In this document: one piece after another, positions 14,901 through 25,400 of the stretch
Layout of the letters: every line of letters begins with the position of its first letter
How positions within the stretch are numbered: position 1 is the stretch's first letter
Origin: Perna viridis
Lineage: Eukaryota
Direction: 5' to 3'
DNA length: 64,000 nucleotides
Assembly: GCA_037379345.1 (NCBI GenBank)
Contig: CM074517.1
Span: forward strand, 46,422,577-46,486,576
The notes under the pieces: model-generated
What the model was told of the DNA's origin: nothing
The model's database searches: none
What the model saw: the letters and a program-made list of their open reading frames with translations, nothing else
Translations under genes and position numbers: made by a program

Positions 14901-17900
14901 AATCTTGTCTGTTTTCCTTGATTCTGATGGCACACAAAATGATGTTTTTTTTCATACCATATTTCATCAACTGCCTGATTCTTACAGGGACTGACACTTA
15001 ATTTATAAATTCAACAAATAACAGAATATATTGTTTATTCATAGATTTTCATCTGAAAAAATACCATAGCTGTATTCTAACAGGAAAACAATGTAGTAAT
15101 GTATTTGCTTTTCTCCTATTTGCAAATAAGACTTAAAATGTACATAATATAAATGTACATAAAACAACTTTCATGACAATTAAGGAAAAGTGAGCAGGTC
15201 AGGGTGATTTGATAACTTTTTCTTACTTTTAATTTTTCTAAGGCAGTTATAACAGTTCACTTTTTACTGTAACATTCTGCATTCCTCATACTAGAAACTA
15301 ACTGTATTCAGCCAATGTGTTTTTGAAATTCAAAAACCATATTTAAGATACCCCTGCATGAATGTAAAATTAACTTGTATACTGTGAAAGTACTTATATT
15401 TGTGGGTATCAGTTTTTGTGGTTAAGGGAAAACGCACAAGATCATGGATTCTTGAATTCGTGGTTTCAATGATGCTGTCATATAATTTAAAGTAAATAAT
15501 CCTTTCCGTTGGGAATCAAATTTCGTCGTTTACAGTACTACATATAAAGCCATACTATCTCAAGTGCTCATAATACTGCTCTCTCTTGGAAGGTTACACA
15601 AAGTAAGTTTGAATGCACACGTATGTCATATGTGTATTTTGTACACATTGTAAAATTCTTGAGAAAACAATAATAATTTACCTGTTTTTCCCTATTTTCT
15701 ATCAACGCCATTTCAATAGATCTGAGTGTATCAAGAAGGACCTCCTGATAGGCTTTATTTAAGGCAAGACACGTGTCAGGATCAATAGGGACATTCTCAT
15801 TTAAGTTGATAACAATTTCTTCTGTGTCCCTGTCATCAATTGCTACAACTTCCTAGAAATATAGATTACATTGTAATAAATCATTGTTTTTATTTTTAAC
15901 AGGACAGTCTTAGTTGAAACGTTATTGTCTTTTTAAACAAAAAGTGCAGTGATTTTTGCTAATAACTTCTGAAATAAAAATCAATTTAACTCTTCTGTGC
16001 AATATTATACAAATATGGCAAGTCAATGTATGCAATATTTTGTTTTATGGTACAATGTACTCTGAAAAGATATACTGACCAAGGCTGGCCTATAATAGCT
16101 GCAATAATGGTTTTATTGCATAACCAGTTTGCTTTATGTTTTAATAGACAGCCGTGCAATATCATTTGTAATAAAAAGCCTGCAATATATGCATCACAAA
16201 ATACATGTGTGTCAGAAATACAACTGTTCAAATGATGATTTATAAAGTACAAAATGTAATAATAGACAAATAAACTGTAAATGTCATGATACAAAAAAAA
16301 ATTATGTCTGTTTTTAAGACTTCACTTTTAACTTACAGGAACAATGGATCCAGCTTGACTTGGTATTCTGCTTGATGAATCTTCATTTCCCAGAAAAAAA
16401 AATTACATGTAAGTCAATTTCAAATATTGGCAATGAATGAACATGATATGATTTACAATGATTCTTAAGCCCAGATAAAATCCTTCTGCAATTCAAATTA
16501 ACTACGAATTTATATATCTATACATAACAAAGGTAGGCCTTCCTGCTACATCATGTGTATTAAAAATTGAGAAAAAGTGTAGCCAGAGACAAATGATTCA
16601 CCTCATGAAATTATACCTCCCACACCTGAAGATTGAACACTAGACCCCTTGGATGGCAATACTGATTCCACTTGAGAATAAATCATTTGGTTAATTTAAT
16701 TAACTTGTTACATGTACATGTATAACATTTTTTTTTTATAAAATCTTGAATCGTTGTTTGTTCATGTACATCTGACATATTTATTTAGGCCTAAATTAAA
16801 AATATATTTGTTTGCCATTCACCTATCAACCCGGTTTGAAATCATGGTCACCTATACAATAAATACTGTAAACATGTAAATTTTTGAGGATCCTGTCAAG
16901 TGAACATATTTGCAGTTTCAAACATATTATTAGTGTTAAATAGTTAAAAACAAATTTAGTGTGTACTATTTTTTGCAGTTTTCTGTCAATTGAGAAAATA
17001 GCGAAAATAGTAAGTTTACACTATCTTTAATTTACATTTGTAGATATTGAACCAACTGGAAATATTTGGGTCTCTACCTAGCTCTAAGTAAGTTCGGCAG
17101 GACAGCCAACCAGTTATTTGACTTGGTTAAACATTTTACATTTATTTTTTTGTCATCATGACTGACGAGTTGACAGTTTGATCTTCAGTGGCTCAAAGGT
17201 TTATTTTATCACTGGATCTCAGTCATTGCTGCTATATAGATGACAAGTAATCATTAAACAATCCTAGCTTCGAGGATTTTATACGTCGCATCTACTACGA
17301 AGAACTTGAGATAAAGGACACTACAGACACTGTGATCTTGATCTAGATTTAGAGATTGATGATTTTTCATTCCTTATTATCAATTTTCCTTTCATCTGTG
17401 GCAACATCCCTCAAGCACCTGGAGTTTTCATTTCACAACTCATATGCTATGCAAGTGCTTGCTGTGCCTATGCAAACTATTTTTTTCATACCAGACTTCT
17501 TACAATTACGGTTCTAGAACAGGAAGTTATCACTTCAGAAGTTTTAGGGTCGTTATCATGAACCCTTATGGTGTATCAATCTGCACCATGAGAATGCTGA
17601 GGACGATTACCTTACAGTGCACCTGGTCAATGCTTCCAGTTTTTACTGGAGTCGGAGTTGCTCATTCACTTTTGTTTCTTTGTGTTATTTTGGTTATTTC
17701 ATATACTTTGTTTTGTGTGTCTCTTTTTCCTGTCTATTCGTTATCCCTGGATTGCATTTCTTATTTTTACTAGAATCTTGGTTTACTTGATAACTCTTTT
17801 GAAAAGTAATTCATGCTCTCCTGTTACATATCAATTGTTAAGAACTCTAATTTTAGTTAGGCACTTAAGCAACCTTTTCTCACCCAATACAATAATGAGA

Positions 17901-18601
17901 CATAGTCATAATTTGCCATCCAATACACAGATTGCACTTTAACATTTTACACATAATTTCTGCTGGCAGTAGTAGTACTAGCAACAAAATATTTTTTGGC
18001 TCATGTGGAGGCTAAAGAAAAACCTTCCCCCCAGAGAAAATCCTGTTTACATGGCCATTTAAATAAATATACTTTCTCTTTGTAATTCGAATAGAATCAA
18101 TAAAAAATGACATATTTCTTTCTTGCAATTTATTTGTTTATGTTAGGTTATTTTTACTGGATAAGAATCAACCCCTATTTTCATGATTCTAGAGTGTGAA
18201 TATATGCCTTAACCTCTAAAAATAAAATTTCATTAAAAAATGACAATTCGGGAAAAGGGAGACAACTCAATTCTAATTGAAAATGTTATCCAAGGGAGAT
18301 AATTTAAAAAATACTACAATATTTATACAAATGTTAGACATATTTTAAAAGACAATACAACTATTTGATTAAATCAAGTGTAACAATCAAAGCACATGCA
18401 ACAAAAACGATGTCATAGTCGAAATATAATAAATTTGCAACCTTCCCCGTGTTCTGTTGTGATATCAATCTGCAAGTTATCGTTATCACTATCTTCGTCT
18501 GAATTGAAGTCATCGTCACCAATAACATTTTGTAGCCTTTCAATATCTTCCTGCAGCTTTCTTCTTTCCGAATCTTTACTCAATTCGGCGCTCGCATTCA
18601 T
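2791..18601 (-). CDS. SNAPC4: snRNA-activating protein complex subunit 4 (SNAP190), 14 exons; 3' part lies beyond the left edge
   Basis: Manual splice join 18442-18601,16337-16380,15682-15852,14045-14158,13275-13353,12560-12641,11945-12058,10587-10662,8276-8440,6930-6997,6258-6340,5329-5432,4829-5021,2791-2915 (1578 nt, 526 codons, all GT-AG, phases consistent, no stops). Peptides such as PIDPDTCLALNKAYQEV, KPFFMD, VDWMKIS, WPEIAKELGTNRTPFQC and VPGRTPVQCRERY match human SNAPC4 motifs as recalled (PEDPETCLQLNMVYQEV, KPYFKD, HDWEKIS, WQKIAEELGTSRSAFQC, VPGRSDAQCRDRY), including the Myb repeats. Confidence 0.93.
4829..5021 (-). CDS. SNAPC4: SNAPC4 exon 13 (Myb)
   Basis: KLLSSIYIYGEKWDKVSEAVPGRTPVQCRERYRSALDP...EWTYEEDKKLLEL. 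Confidence 0.93.
5329..5432 (-). CDS. SNAPC4: SNAPC4 exon 12 (Myb)
   Basis: VAYYIEGRSSTQCSIRWSQINPLVKHGKWTTAEDM. Confidence 0.93.
5630..5838. mobile_element. MITE with ACTGTGAAAGTAC TIRs (copies at ~15380-15530 and ~57587-57770)
   Basis: ACTGTGAAAGTACT / AGTACTTTCACAGT. Confidence 0.75.
6258..6340 (-). CDS. SNAPC4: SNAPC4 exon 11 (Myb)
   Basis: EWTENEDQALLEVVDSCRIGKSTSWNN. Confidence 0.92.
6930..6997 (-). CDS. SNAPC4: SNAPC4 exon 10 (Myb)
   Basis: TNRTPFQCFQYYQQNLNDAINKR. Confidence 0.92.
7130..7560 (+). mobile_element. HINE/MITE-like element with two AAGTCCAAGGGC subrepeats and a GGAC microsatellite (related pieces at 3160-3410 and 11010-11280)
   Basis: Direct internal repeat AAATTCACTGAAATTTTCTAAGTCCAAGGGC x2; GGACGGATGGAGGGACG tract. 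Confidence 0.6.
8076..8310 (-). repeat. ~48-bp tandem repeat made of the SNAPC4 exon 9 3' end plus its donor (4 extra copies)
   Basis: Minus-strand unit (C)TGGCCAGAAATAGCTAAAGAACTTGGG|GTAATGAAATA(A)n. Confidence 0.93.
8276..8440 (-). CDS. SNAPC4: SNAPC4 exon 9 (Myb)
   Basis: LNNLRDPTECELYWRNILNPAINRGEFSKAEKEKLQSLAKKHGQKNWPEIAKELG. Confidence 0.92.
9415..9550. repeat. Long imperfect palindrome (foldback MITE-like)
   Basis: ATTAGGAAATTAGTTTTTGATACTGGCTTTCTCACAGGAATCTCAGG-loop-CCTGAGATACCCGTGATAAAGCCAGTACCAAAAACAAATTGCCTAAT. Confidence 0.8.
10587..10662 (-). CDS. SNAPC4: SNAPC4 exon 8
   Basis: NLPKEEVLALADMDKVDWMKISKTV (half Myb repeat). Confidence 0.9.
11945..12058 (-). CDS. SNAPC4: SNAPC4 exon 7
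   Basis: KEIYYEKLS...KIEDIDKEVDRIQ. Confidence 0.87.
12560..12641 (-). CDS. SNAPC4: SNAPC4 exon 6
   Basis: WRNKMKTDLKEAVYLDSLGQQTRHLINR. Confidence 0.85.
13275..13353 (-). CDS. SNAPC4: SNAPC4 exon 5
   Basis: MAPNNMDVQLKIRTGEIHQTQKPQTA, AG/GTATGT. Confidence 0.85.
14045..14158 (-). CDS. SNAPC4: SNAPC4 exon 4
   Basis: SQLQECLDD...YHKPFFMDTSGE, AG/GTTAGT. Confidence 0.88.
14271..14516. mobile_element. MITE with CATACCTG(T/C)TAAC TIRs (other copies at ~10232-10425, ~40000-40100 and 42870-44010)
   Basis: Terminal inverted repeats CATACCTGTTAAC / GTTAGCAGGTATG. Confidence 0.75.
14633..15001. mobile_element. TTAA-flanked MITE with GTAAGAATCAGGCA TIRs
   Basis: TTAAGT..GTAAGAATCAGGCA / TGCCTGATTCTTAC..ACTTAA; same family as 56116-56500 and the window start. 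Confidence 0.7.
15682..15852 (-). CDS. SNAPC4: SNAPC4 exon 3
   Basis: EVVAIDD...PIDPDTCLALNKAYQEVLLDTLRSIEMALIENREKQ, flanked by AG/GT. Confidence 0.92.
16337..16380 (-). CDS. SNAPC4: SNAPC4 44-nt microexon (DSSSRIPSQAGSIVP)
   Basis: Strong donor GTAAGT; needed to convert phase 1 (exon 1) to phase 0 (exon 3). Confidence 0.6.
17233..17797 (+). mobile_element. Penelope-like retroelement fragment (C-terminal RT + 3' tail), degenerate, in SNAPC4 intron 1
   Basis: Broken frames give YIDD, LNNPSF, IYYEELEIKDTTDT, LDLDLEID, IINFPFICGNIP and GVFISQLICYA, motifs typical of invertebrate Penelope-like (Naiad-type) RT; followed by the tail shared with the short copies listed below. Confidence 0.8.
18442..18601 (-). 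CDS. SNAPC4: SNAPC4 coding exon 1 (MNASAELSKDSERRKLQEDIERLQNVIG...)
   Basis: ATG at 18601; resembles the human N-terminus EREKITQEIKELERIL; donor GT at 18441. Confidence 0.85.
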
Positions 18602-18760
18602 GATTTTTTGCAAAGAAAAAGTTAGTAGGTCACGCTGAAAATTGCCACCATTTTGACATTGTGCATGAACTGGTCCTTGTCACATGACCTAAGAGAAACC
18701 AGTGGAAAATCTGGAGTAACCTCCCATGAAAAGGACTTGTTCATTTCAAAAAGGGTATGT
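18602..18760. promoter_or_regulatory. Putative bidirectional promoter shared by SNAPC4 and TSC1, with a probable TSC1 non-coding first exon ending at donor GTATGT (18755)
   Basis: Directly upstream of the SNAPC4 ATG: YY1-like AAAATGGTGGC (minus strand, ~18644-18654), near-palindromic E-box GTCACATGAC (18679-18688) and a plus-strand donor AAGG|GTATGT. TSC1 coding exon 1 begins at an acceptor (22269), so an upstream UTR exon is expected. Confidence 0.55.
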
Positions 18761-19674
18761 TAGGAGTCTATAAGTAAAAATGTTTGTGAATATTAACATA
18801 ATGATTTTCAAAGTGCACTCAAACTACTAAATTAATTGAAATTCTCATTAGAAAAAAATCGTATATATTGCTGAAGACTTATAACCTAAAAATCCTTTAA
18901 ACAATGAAATCGGTCAAATTCCTTCCAACCCCTTCAAGTTACACTTGGTCCAGTGAAGAAATCGGTGAGCACTGAATGTCATCTGCTATTTTTCTGTTTT
19001 ACTTTATTCTATAGATCCAACTGAACAGGATGCATGCCAAACATGTCAGTTTGTCTTCAAGTTTAGGGGGACTGTCATTCCATGAATAATTTTGCACAGG
19101 GGCGGTAAAAAAATATCCTCCGTAAATTTAGTTCAGAATTCCAAGCTCTGTGAAATTCCAATAATAAATGTTTCATTGTCACTATCCTGCAAATATATTT
19201 TAACTGTACAATGCACAGTGGCATTCGTCATTGAAGTATCTCGGGAATTGAAAAGTGGAGCACCCTATATACTGTGCCGAACAGCATTCCCCATTCCCCT
19301 TAGAATTTTTAGCGGAGTACTTGTCTCTCTCTGAGTGATATTATTGTTTGCCTTTAATTACCTCTGAAATTATGGTGAATGAGAGCTTACAGATATGTCC
19401 GAAAAGTGGCTAAAAATAATCCCAAATAAGAAATTATTTCCCAATTGGCAGTCGAAGGTAGGATATATTGTTCCAAATTACACTGGTATTTGATAAGATT
19501 TAAATAGCTTTCCCTTCTATCCTCTGTGAAGAAAGACTTATACTACAAATTTAATGTTTTGTACAGGAATTCCTAATTTCCCTTTTTTAAAAATAATGAT
19601 GCATATTTTCCCAATTTAAAAAGGTCGAGGTATTTTTGAAAAAGGCCAACAATATCATTCTGTCTACACTATAT

Positions 19675-19864
19675 TGTGGCAGGACGGCCTACCTGCGTTG
19701 TAGTAGGTAGTTAGTGAAATTTAAATGGCCAGTTAATTGACTTGGCTAAATGATTAATTCTTTAGCAGAATCGGTTTGTCACGGGCTTGTCACCGGTCGG
19801 TCTAGGGTTCGATCCTCGGTGGCATAGTATAATTTTTGGAGTCAAATCATGCTTTCCCGTTACA
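19675..19864 (+). mobile_element. 190-bp TGT...ACA element (solo-LTR/TRIM-like) with 4-bp ATAT TSD and tRNA-like A/B boxes
   Basis: atat|TGTGGCAGGA...TCCCGTTACA|atat; internal TAGCAGAATCGG and GGGTTCGATCC followed by T5; diverged copies on the minus strand at ~16450-16710. Confidence 0.65.
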
Positions 19865-22295
19865 ATATAGATGACTACAGATACAATGAGTTGCAATAAT
19901 GAACATTATGTAGCTTTATTTTCTAAGTTGTAAGCTTTTCTTCACACAGCATTTGTGTTTATAAGGTGCAAGACAAACATACATTTTGTTTACTTGAAAA
20001 CTTTTAAATCAGAAGTTCATAAGTAATTATCAAGATCAAGTTCAGGGATCTGAATAAATTTCCACAGCAGGTTACTGTTTTTGGGGACATTTAATTTGTT
20101 TACATATAACGAGAATGGAGACAGTAAATATGTCAAAGAGACAACAACCCCATTGGGATGGAAAATGTCAGCTCAACACCACCCGTGGGTCTTCAGTGAA
20201 TGATGAGGTAACCCTTGTACCACAGGGCAGGCTGCAGCTGACCCTAAACAACATTATACACAAGTACACGGAAATATATACACAAGTACAGGGAACAAGC
20301 TGCCCTATAATTCAGGGATGTCAGTAGAAGTTGTCAACCGGCAAAATTGGATGGCTAATTGCTCAATTTTTTGACGGCTACTCTATTTTAAAAAATAGCT
20401 GAACCCTTGCTAAATTTTCATCAGCCTACCTGCTACTTTTTCTTTTTTTTCTGCTATTTAACATACTACTGACATCTCTACGTACACTATAGCAACATGA
20501 AAGTAAACTGAAAGTGAAATAAGAAGCAGTATAGGTACATTATTTTGTACAGAGGCCAGACAAACTTGACTTGGGACAGAGTTTAAGTACTGTATTTTAA
20601 AAGATACATGTATTTTGTCATTTCAAATTATTCCAACAATAAACACTTGTTAAATCATCTGAAATTGCCAAGGTGTGAATCACAACTTGGATTTGTTCCT
20701 TTGTATGTAATGGTGTAATGGGACCTCTTTGTCAGAACACATTGTCAAAAAAAGCTTCATTATTATTATTACTTGCCTAGATTGTTCAATATGTACATAC
20801 ATTTTAATGTTCTTACTGGACAATGAATGCAGGTCTAGTAGATGCTCCTGTCCATCTGTCCAGCATTCTACTTGTTTGTTCATCCATCATCCTTAGGGCA
20901 GTGTTCTAGGATACCACTTTCCCGTCACCCTGGGCAATAGCATTTTTAGTGAGGGAAAGTTAAATGTTTAATGTCCGGCCTAACGAGGCTAAATTAATGG
21001 TCTGTTTTTGTCAAAATAAACACTTTGAAAATTGTGCTAGTTGTTATAAATACACTTTACAGTTTCCCCCAAAAATTGGGCATGTAGTCTTCACGACTAA
21101 GCAGTAGTCTGAGGCCCAAGGCTTGTCAAAATGGAGGTGGGCCAACAGTCACTATATAAAAATTTCAGAAAAATGTATTTCAGGCCGGTGAACTGGAAAG
21201 TTAGTTGTGAAGACTGAGCATGGGAAGATGTGTTTGAAGACATTCCAATGATTTTACCCTTGATAAATTAGATGTGTTAAAGTGTCTATCTTAGGACAAA
21301 TTGCTAATGGTGTAAATTTTCCCAGTAAATTTTAAACCTTACTTTGAAGAGACGATTACAGTGGTTCAAGATTTTGATCAGGAATATGTAATTTTTTAAG
21401 TTTTGAGTTACACAAACAATAACCAAAAACCTAGACCTAATGCTTATAATGTTATGATTGTCAACACTGTCATCATTCAATGATAAATGTTTCTAGTCTG
21501 ACATTGTTGATTTAGTTTGATATTAAATAAACAGTGTGTTCAATGATATTCTATTTTTTTTTTATATTTGCTGGAAATCATTTAATGGCCCTTGCATCAG
21601 AAAGAAAGTTATAGTTTCTCAACAAATTGCCCCTTCAAATTATTAATAGCTTTAAAAAAAATCCTGGAAATGGCCCCTTCTCAAAATTTCCTTCCCAAGC
21701 ACTGGACACTACCATGTTCATACATTTGTCTTGCTTAAATTGTAATTGCCATTGTAAAAATATGTCTATTAAAATCATGTTGCACATTAATTTGATAAAT
21801 TAACATTATCTAATCAAACGGAATCCACTCAAATAAATCTTCCAAATTAAAAAAAAATGTGATAGCAAATTATTTTTTAGCCAAAATTTAGTTCATCAAC
21901 TCTCAAGATCATTTTTATTGGTAATATTTGCTTTCATTTACTCAGTGCTGACAAAATTGCAACAACAAAAATGAAAAAACATTTTAGCAAACCATTAACA
22001 ATTAAAGCTACCATATACACATTTAAATGCTTCATATTCATCCACTATCAACTTTTATTTATATGTTTGAAAGGAACCTTTTTTGGCTTTGAGTTTATTT
22101 ATCTGACTTTTTCCTTCTAATATTACAATAATGTTTTAGAGGGAGGGAAAACTATAAAGAAATTAATTTTTTTTTATTAAAATTTTTGATTTTCCTCTGT
22201 TTTGTCTGCTATTTATGACTATATTGTAAACTCAAAGTACAGAAATTTTTTTTATTATGTACTTTAAGATCTCTGATTCACTATAATGTTTGAAA

Positions 22296-22431
22296 ATGGC
22301 TAGTCATGAGGGTAGCCATGGAAACAAAGATGTCGATGTTGATGTTCGGGAGCTATTCAACCTACTAGATTCAGCTAATATTGCAGATGTTACAGAAATA
22401 AAGGAATTGGTGCAAGAAAAGCTAGCATCAA
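22296..22431 (+). CDS. TSC1: TSC1 coding exon 1
   Basis: MASHEG...[29 protein letters not shown]; donor GTGGGT. Confidence 0.9.
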
Positions 22432-25400
22432 GTGGGTGCCTTAGAAAACTTTGAGATCAATAACATTTCATGCAATATTTTAACCAAAAATTCGAATCAG
22501 TTTTCATTCAGGAAACAGAAAATAATTGGTTTTTTTTAATGTTTTTTACAAGTGATTATACCATTTTTGTATGCTGTAACTGCCACCTTTTTTCAGAGAA
22601 TAACCTTTATTCCAGTATTGTTCTTTTCTTGTTTATGGATTAAGTAATTTGATTTCTGTTCAATACTTTTAACACAGTTTTCTGAAGATTGATGATCAGC
22701 CATGTTTATGTTTATAGTTATGAATCTTTAATATATTAAAATCAAATTTCAAGTGGTAGATAACTTCTAAATAAGTAAATTATTTTTTTTTTATGTGTCA
22801 TCAAGTTTCCTAATTAAAGAAAATTTGTAATGTACAAAATGTACTTGTTGTAACTTTGAGAATATTCTCACTTTACAGCTGATGACAAATGGATACTGAA
22901 CAGTTTAGTAGAATATTATTACATCACATCATCAAAGGAAGCAATTGATATTCTTACCAAAGTCAAGGACCCACATGATAAGGTATATCATATTATATTT
23001 AAGTGCAGAAAGCATACGAAAAGTGATTCTTACATTTCTTAATCCCAAATTTCTTTGACTGGAAATCCTACAGTGGGCCTCATGGTAACTGTATTCGAAA
23101 ATTGAAGTGCAAATGAAAGTTTTCAACTGGAGATATTAACACTTAGAAATTGATAATGTCCTGCATTAGAAAAAGTACAGGAAAATTTCCTGCCATAATT
23201 TTACACTATACCCAGTCAAAAAATATTTCATGATATAAAGCAGATCCAAGGACATGAACTTAGGAAGAGTTGTTTTTAGAAACTAATAAATGTATAAAAC
23301 AGTTTCATTGATTATCTCGAGATATGATGGATCCTCCTTGCCTGTTGCCATACTTAATAAGCAGGGAATGACTAAGTTTTTGTTAATTTTGTCTTTTTGA
23401 GTAGCTTGGAATAAAATAATTCTGGGATTAAGTGAGGAATTTTTATAATTTCATGATTTTGAAATGCTTTTGCTAGGAGAAACATCCATACCTGCATAAA
23501 TGGTATCTAAAAGTAAGATAAAACAAACATCAACTGTAAAGTAGATTATGGTGACACTTGACAGCTTGTCATATAATAAGGAAAAGAGAAATTCACATGT
23601 GATTTGTTTATTAAAGCATCTGATAGACAAGCTATCAGAGGGAATTAGAGGCTCTCAGAACAAATTGAAGGCATTACAACTATTACTACATGTAGTCTGT
23701 AAACAACCAACATGGATCCACAACATCACTCAGTCAGTATTTGGAGCACTTGTAAAATGCTTAAAGGTAAGATTTAAACAAGGAACTTATCCAATTTCTG
23801 TTGGCTACTTGCATGTATTTGAAGCATTTGTTTGTCAGTGCTTGGAGTTCTTGTCAGTGTATGTTGGTGAGATTAATTAAGGAAGTGTTTTACCATGTTT
23901 GCTGCATACATTTATTCATTGAAGTTTCATACATTCACCAGGGATTTAGCATTGAAAGCCTACTTGTAAAATATGAATAAAATTTTAAACCCATAAGTTA
24001 GAACAATTTTCCTTGAAACTATAAATTTGGACATTTTGTATCTTATTTCTTTAATTTGAAAATCTAATGGATGATACTAATATTACTGAATTACAGCATA
24101 ACTGACTTTTCTCAATGTCATTCATGTGAAAAAAGTAATTTTATTCTTAATTCTGAAAAGTATTGATAATACATGTAAATACACATACTATTTTCTTAAA
24201 TTGCAGTAATATTTGGTGTAAGTGTGTTTGGTTTACAGAAACAGAAATATATATTCACATAGAAAATGCTATACTTATGTCATCATTCTTTACATCATAT
24301 TACAATGTATTTAAACTTCCCTTCCTTTTTGATTTTGTCCATTTCAGAATGAAACTGATGTACCCATATTGATGACAGGAGTTATGACCCTTACTATCCT
24401 TTTACCAACCATTCCAACATATTTAGGAAATCATTTACACACCATATTTGAGATCTTCACTCATCTTGTATCCTTCAGCTATAAAAAGCCTGGTAAGTTC
24501 AATAGGAGAATTGAGATACATGTCAAATATCAAGAAAGCCAATTCTTCAAAATTTAAAAGGATTTATGTGTTTCTAGGTACAAAACTAAATGAAAACTCA
24601 ATGGCTACTTATTGTTATCAAAGAAACATGTGCCAAACAACTCAGTGGACACTTTAAGCAACATCAATGCTTATTAATAGGTAGTTTGATTAATAAGAAT
24701 AAATTAATGTAAAACATTACTGATGGTATGTTATAATTTTTTATTATCTATTTCTGAAAAGACTGTTCTCAAAAACAAATTAGTGTTCTCTTTTTTTTTT
24801 CAACTTTAGATGTATAAATATTCTATAAACTTTGGCCTTTTCAGAAATGACAAATGAAGTTTTTCTTTTCAATAAGAAGTTGAAATAAGTTGAAACATGA
24901 ACATTTTGGGGTATTTTGTCAAGTTACCAGATTAGTAACAACTATACATTGTTTTCGTAGCTGTTAAATTACCCCCTTTTTCTCCTGATCAAAATAATCA
25001 TAGAATTATGTAGATTGCTAAAAAAAATCTATACTTTAGCCCTGAAACTCACACAGAAAAGAAATAATACCTGTTTTCATATATTTTTAAAACCTATTTT
25101 TAGCAGCAATATGTAAATATGTCATTGTGCATATAAAACATGGAAAATATACTTTTTAATATCTTTCAAAAACATCACTCTATTTTAGTAAGAAGTCCAA
25201 TGGAAAATTTTTATATAATTGTACTTTATTTATTTTAGTTAGGTTTTTTTTTTCATGAATTAATATATGAATCCTACACGTTTTCCATTTTATCCTACAC
25301 ATATGAAAAAAAACACTCATGTAAGTTGTAATGTTTTTTCTGTGTACAGAAGGGGGACCCTTTTGACCAGAAGTAACAAATTCACTGTTGAAACAAAGTC

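Noticed and set aside
19760-19830. tRNA-Asp gene
   Set aside because: Acceptor, anticodon and T stems pair poorly; it is embedded in a repeat, so reported only as tRNA-like
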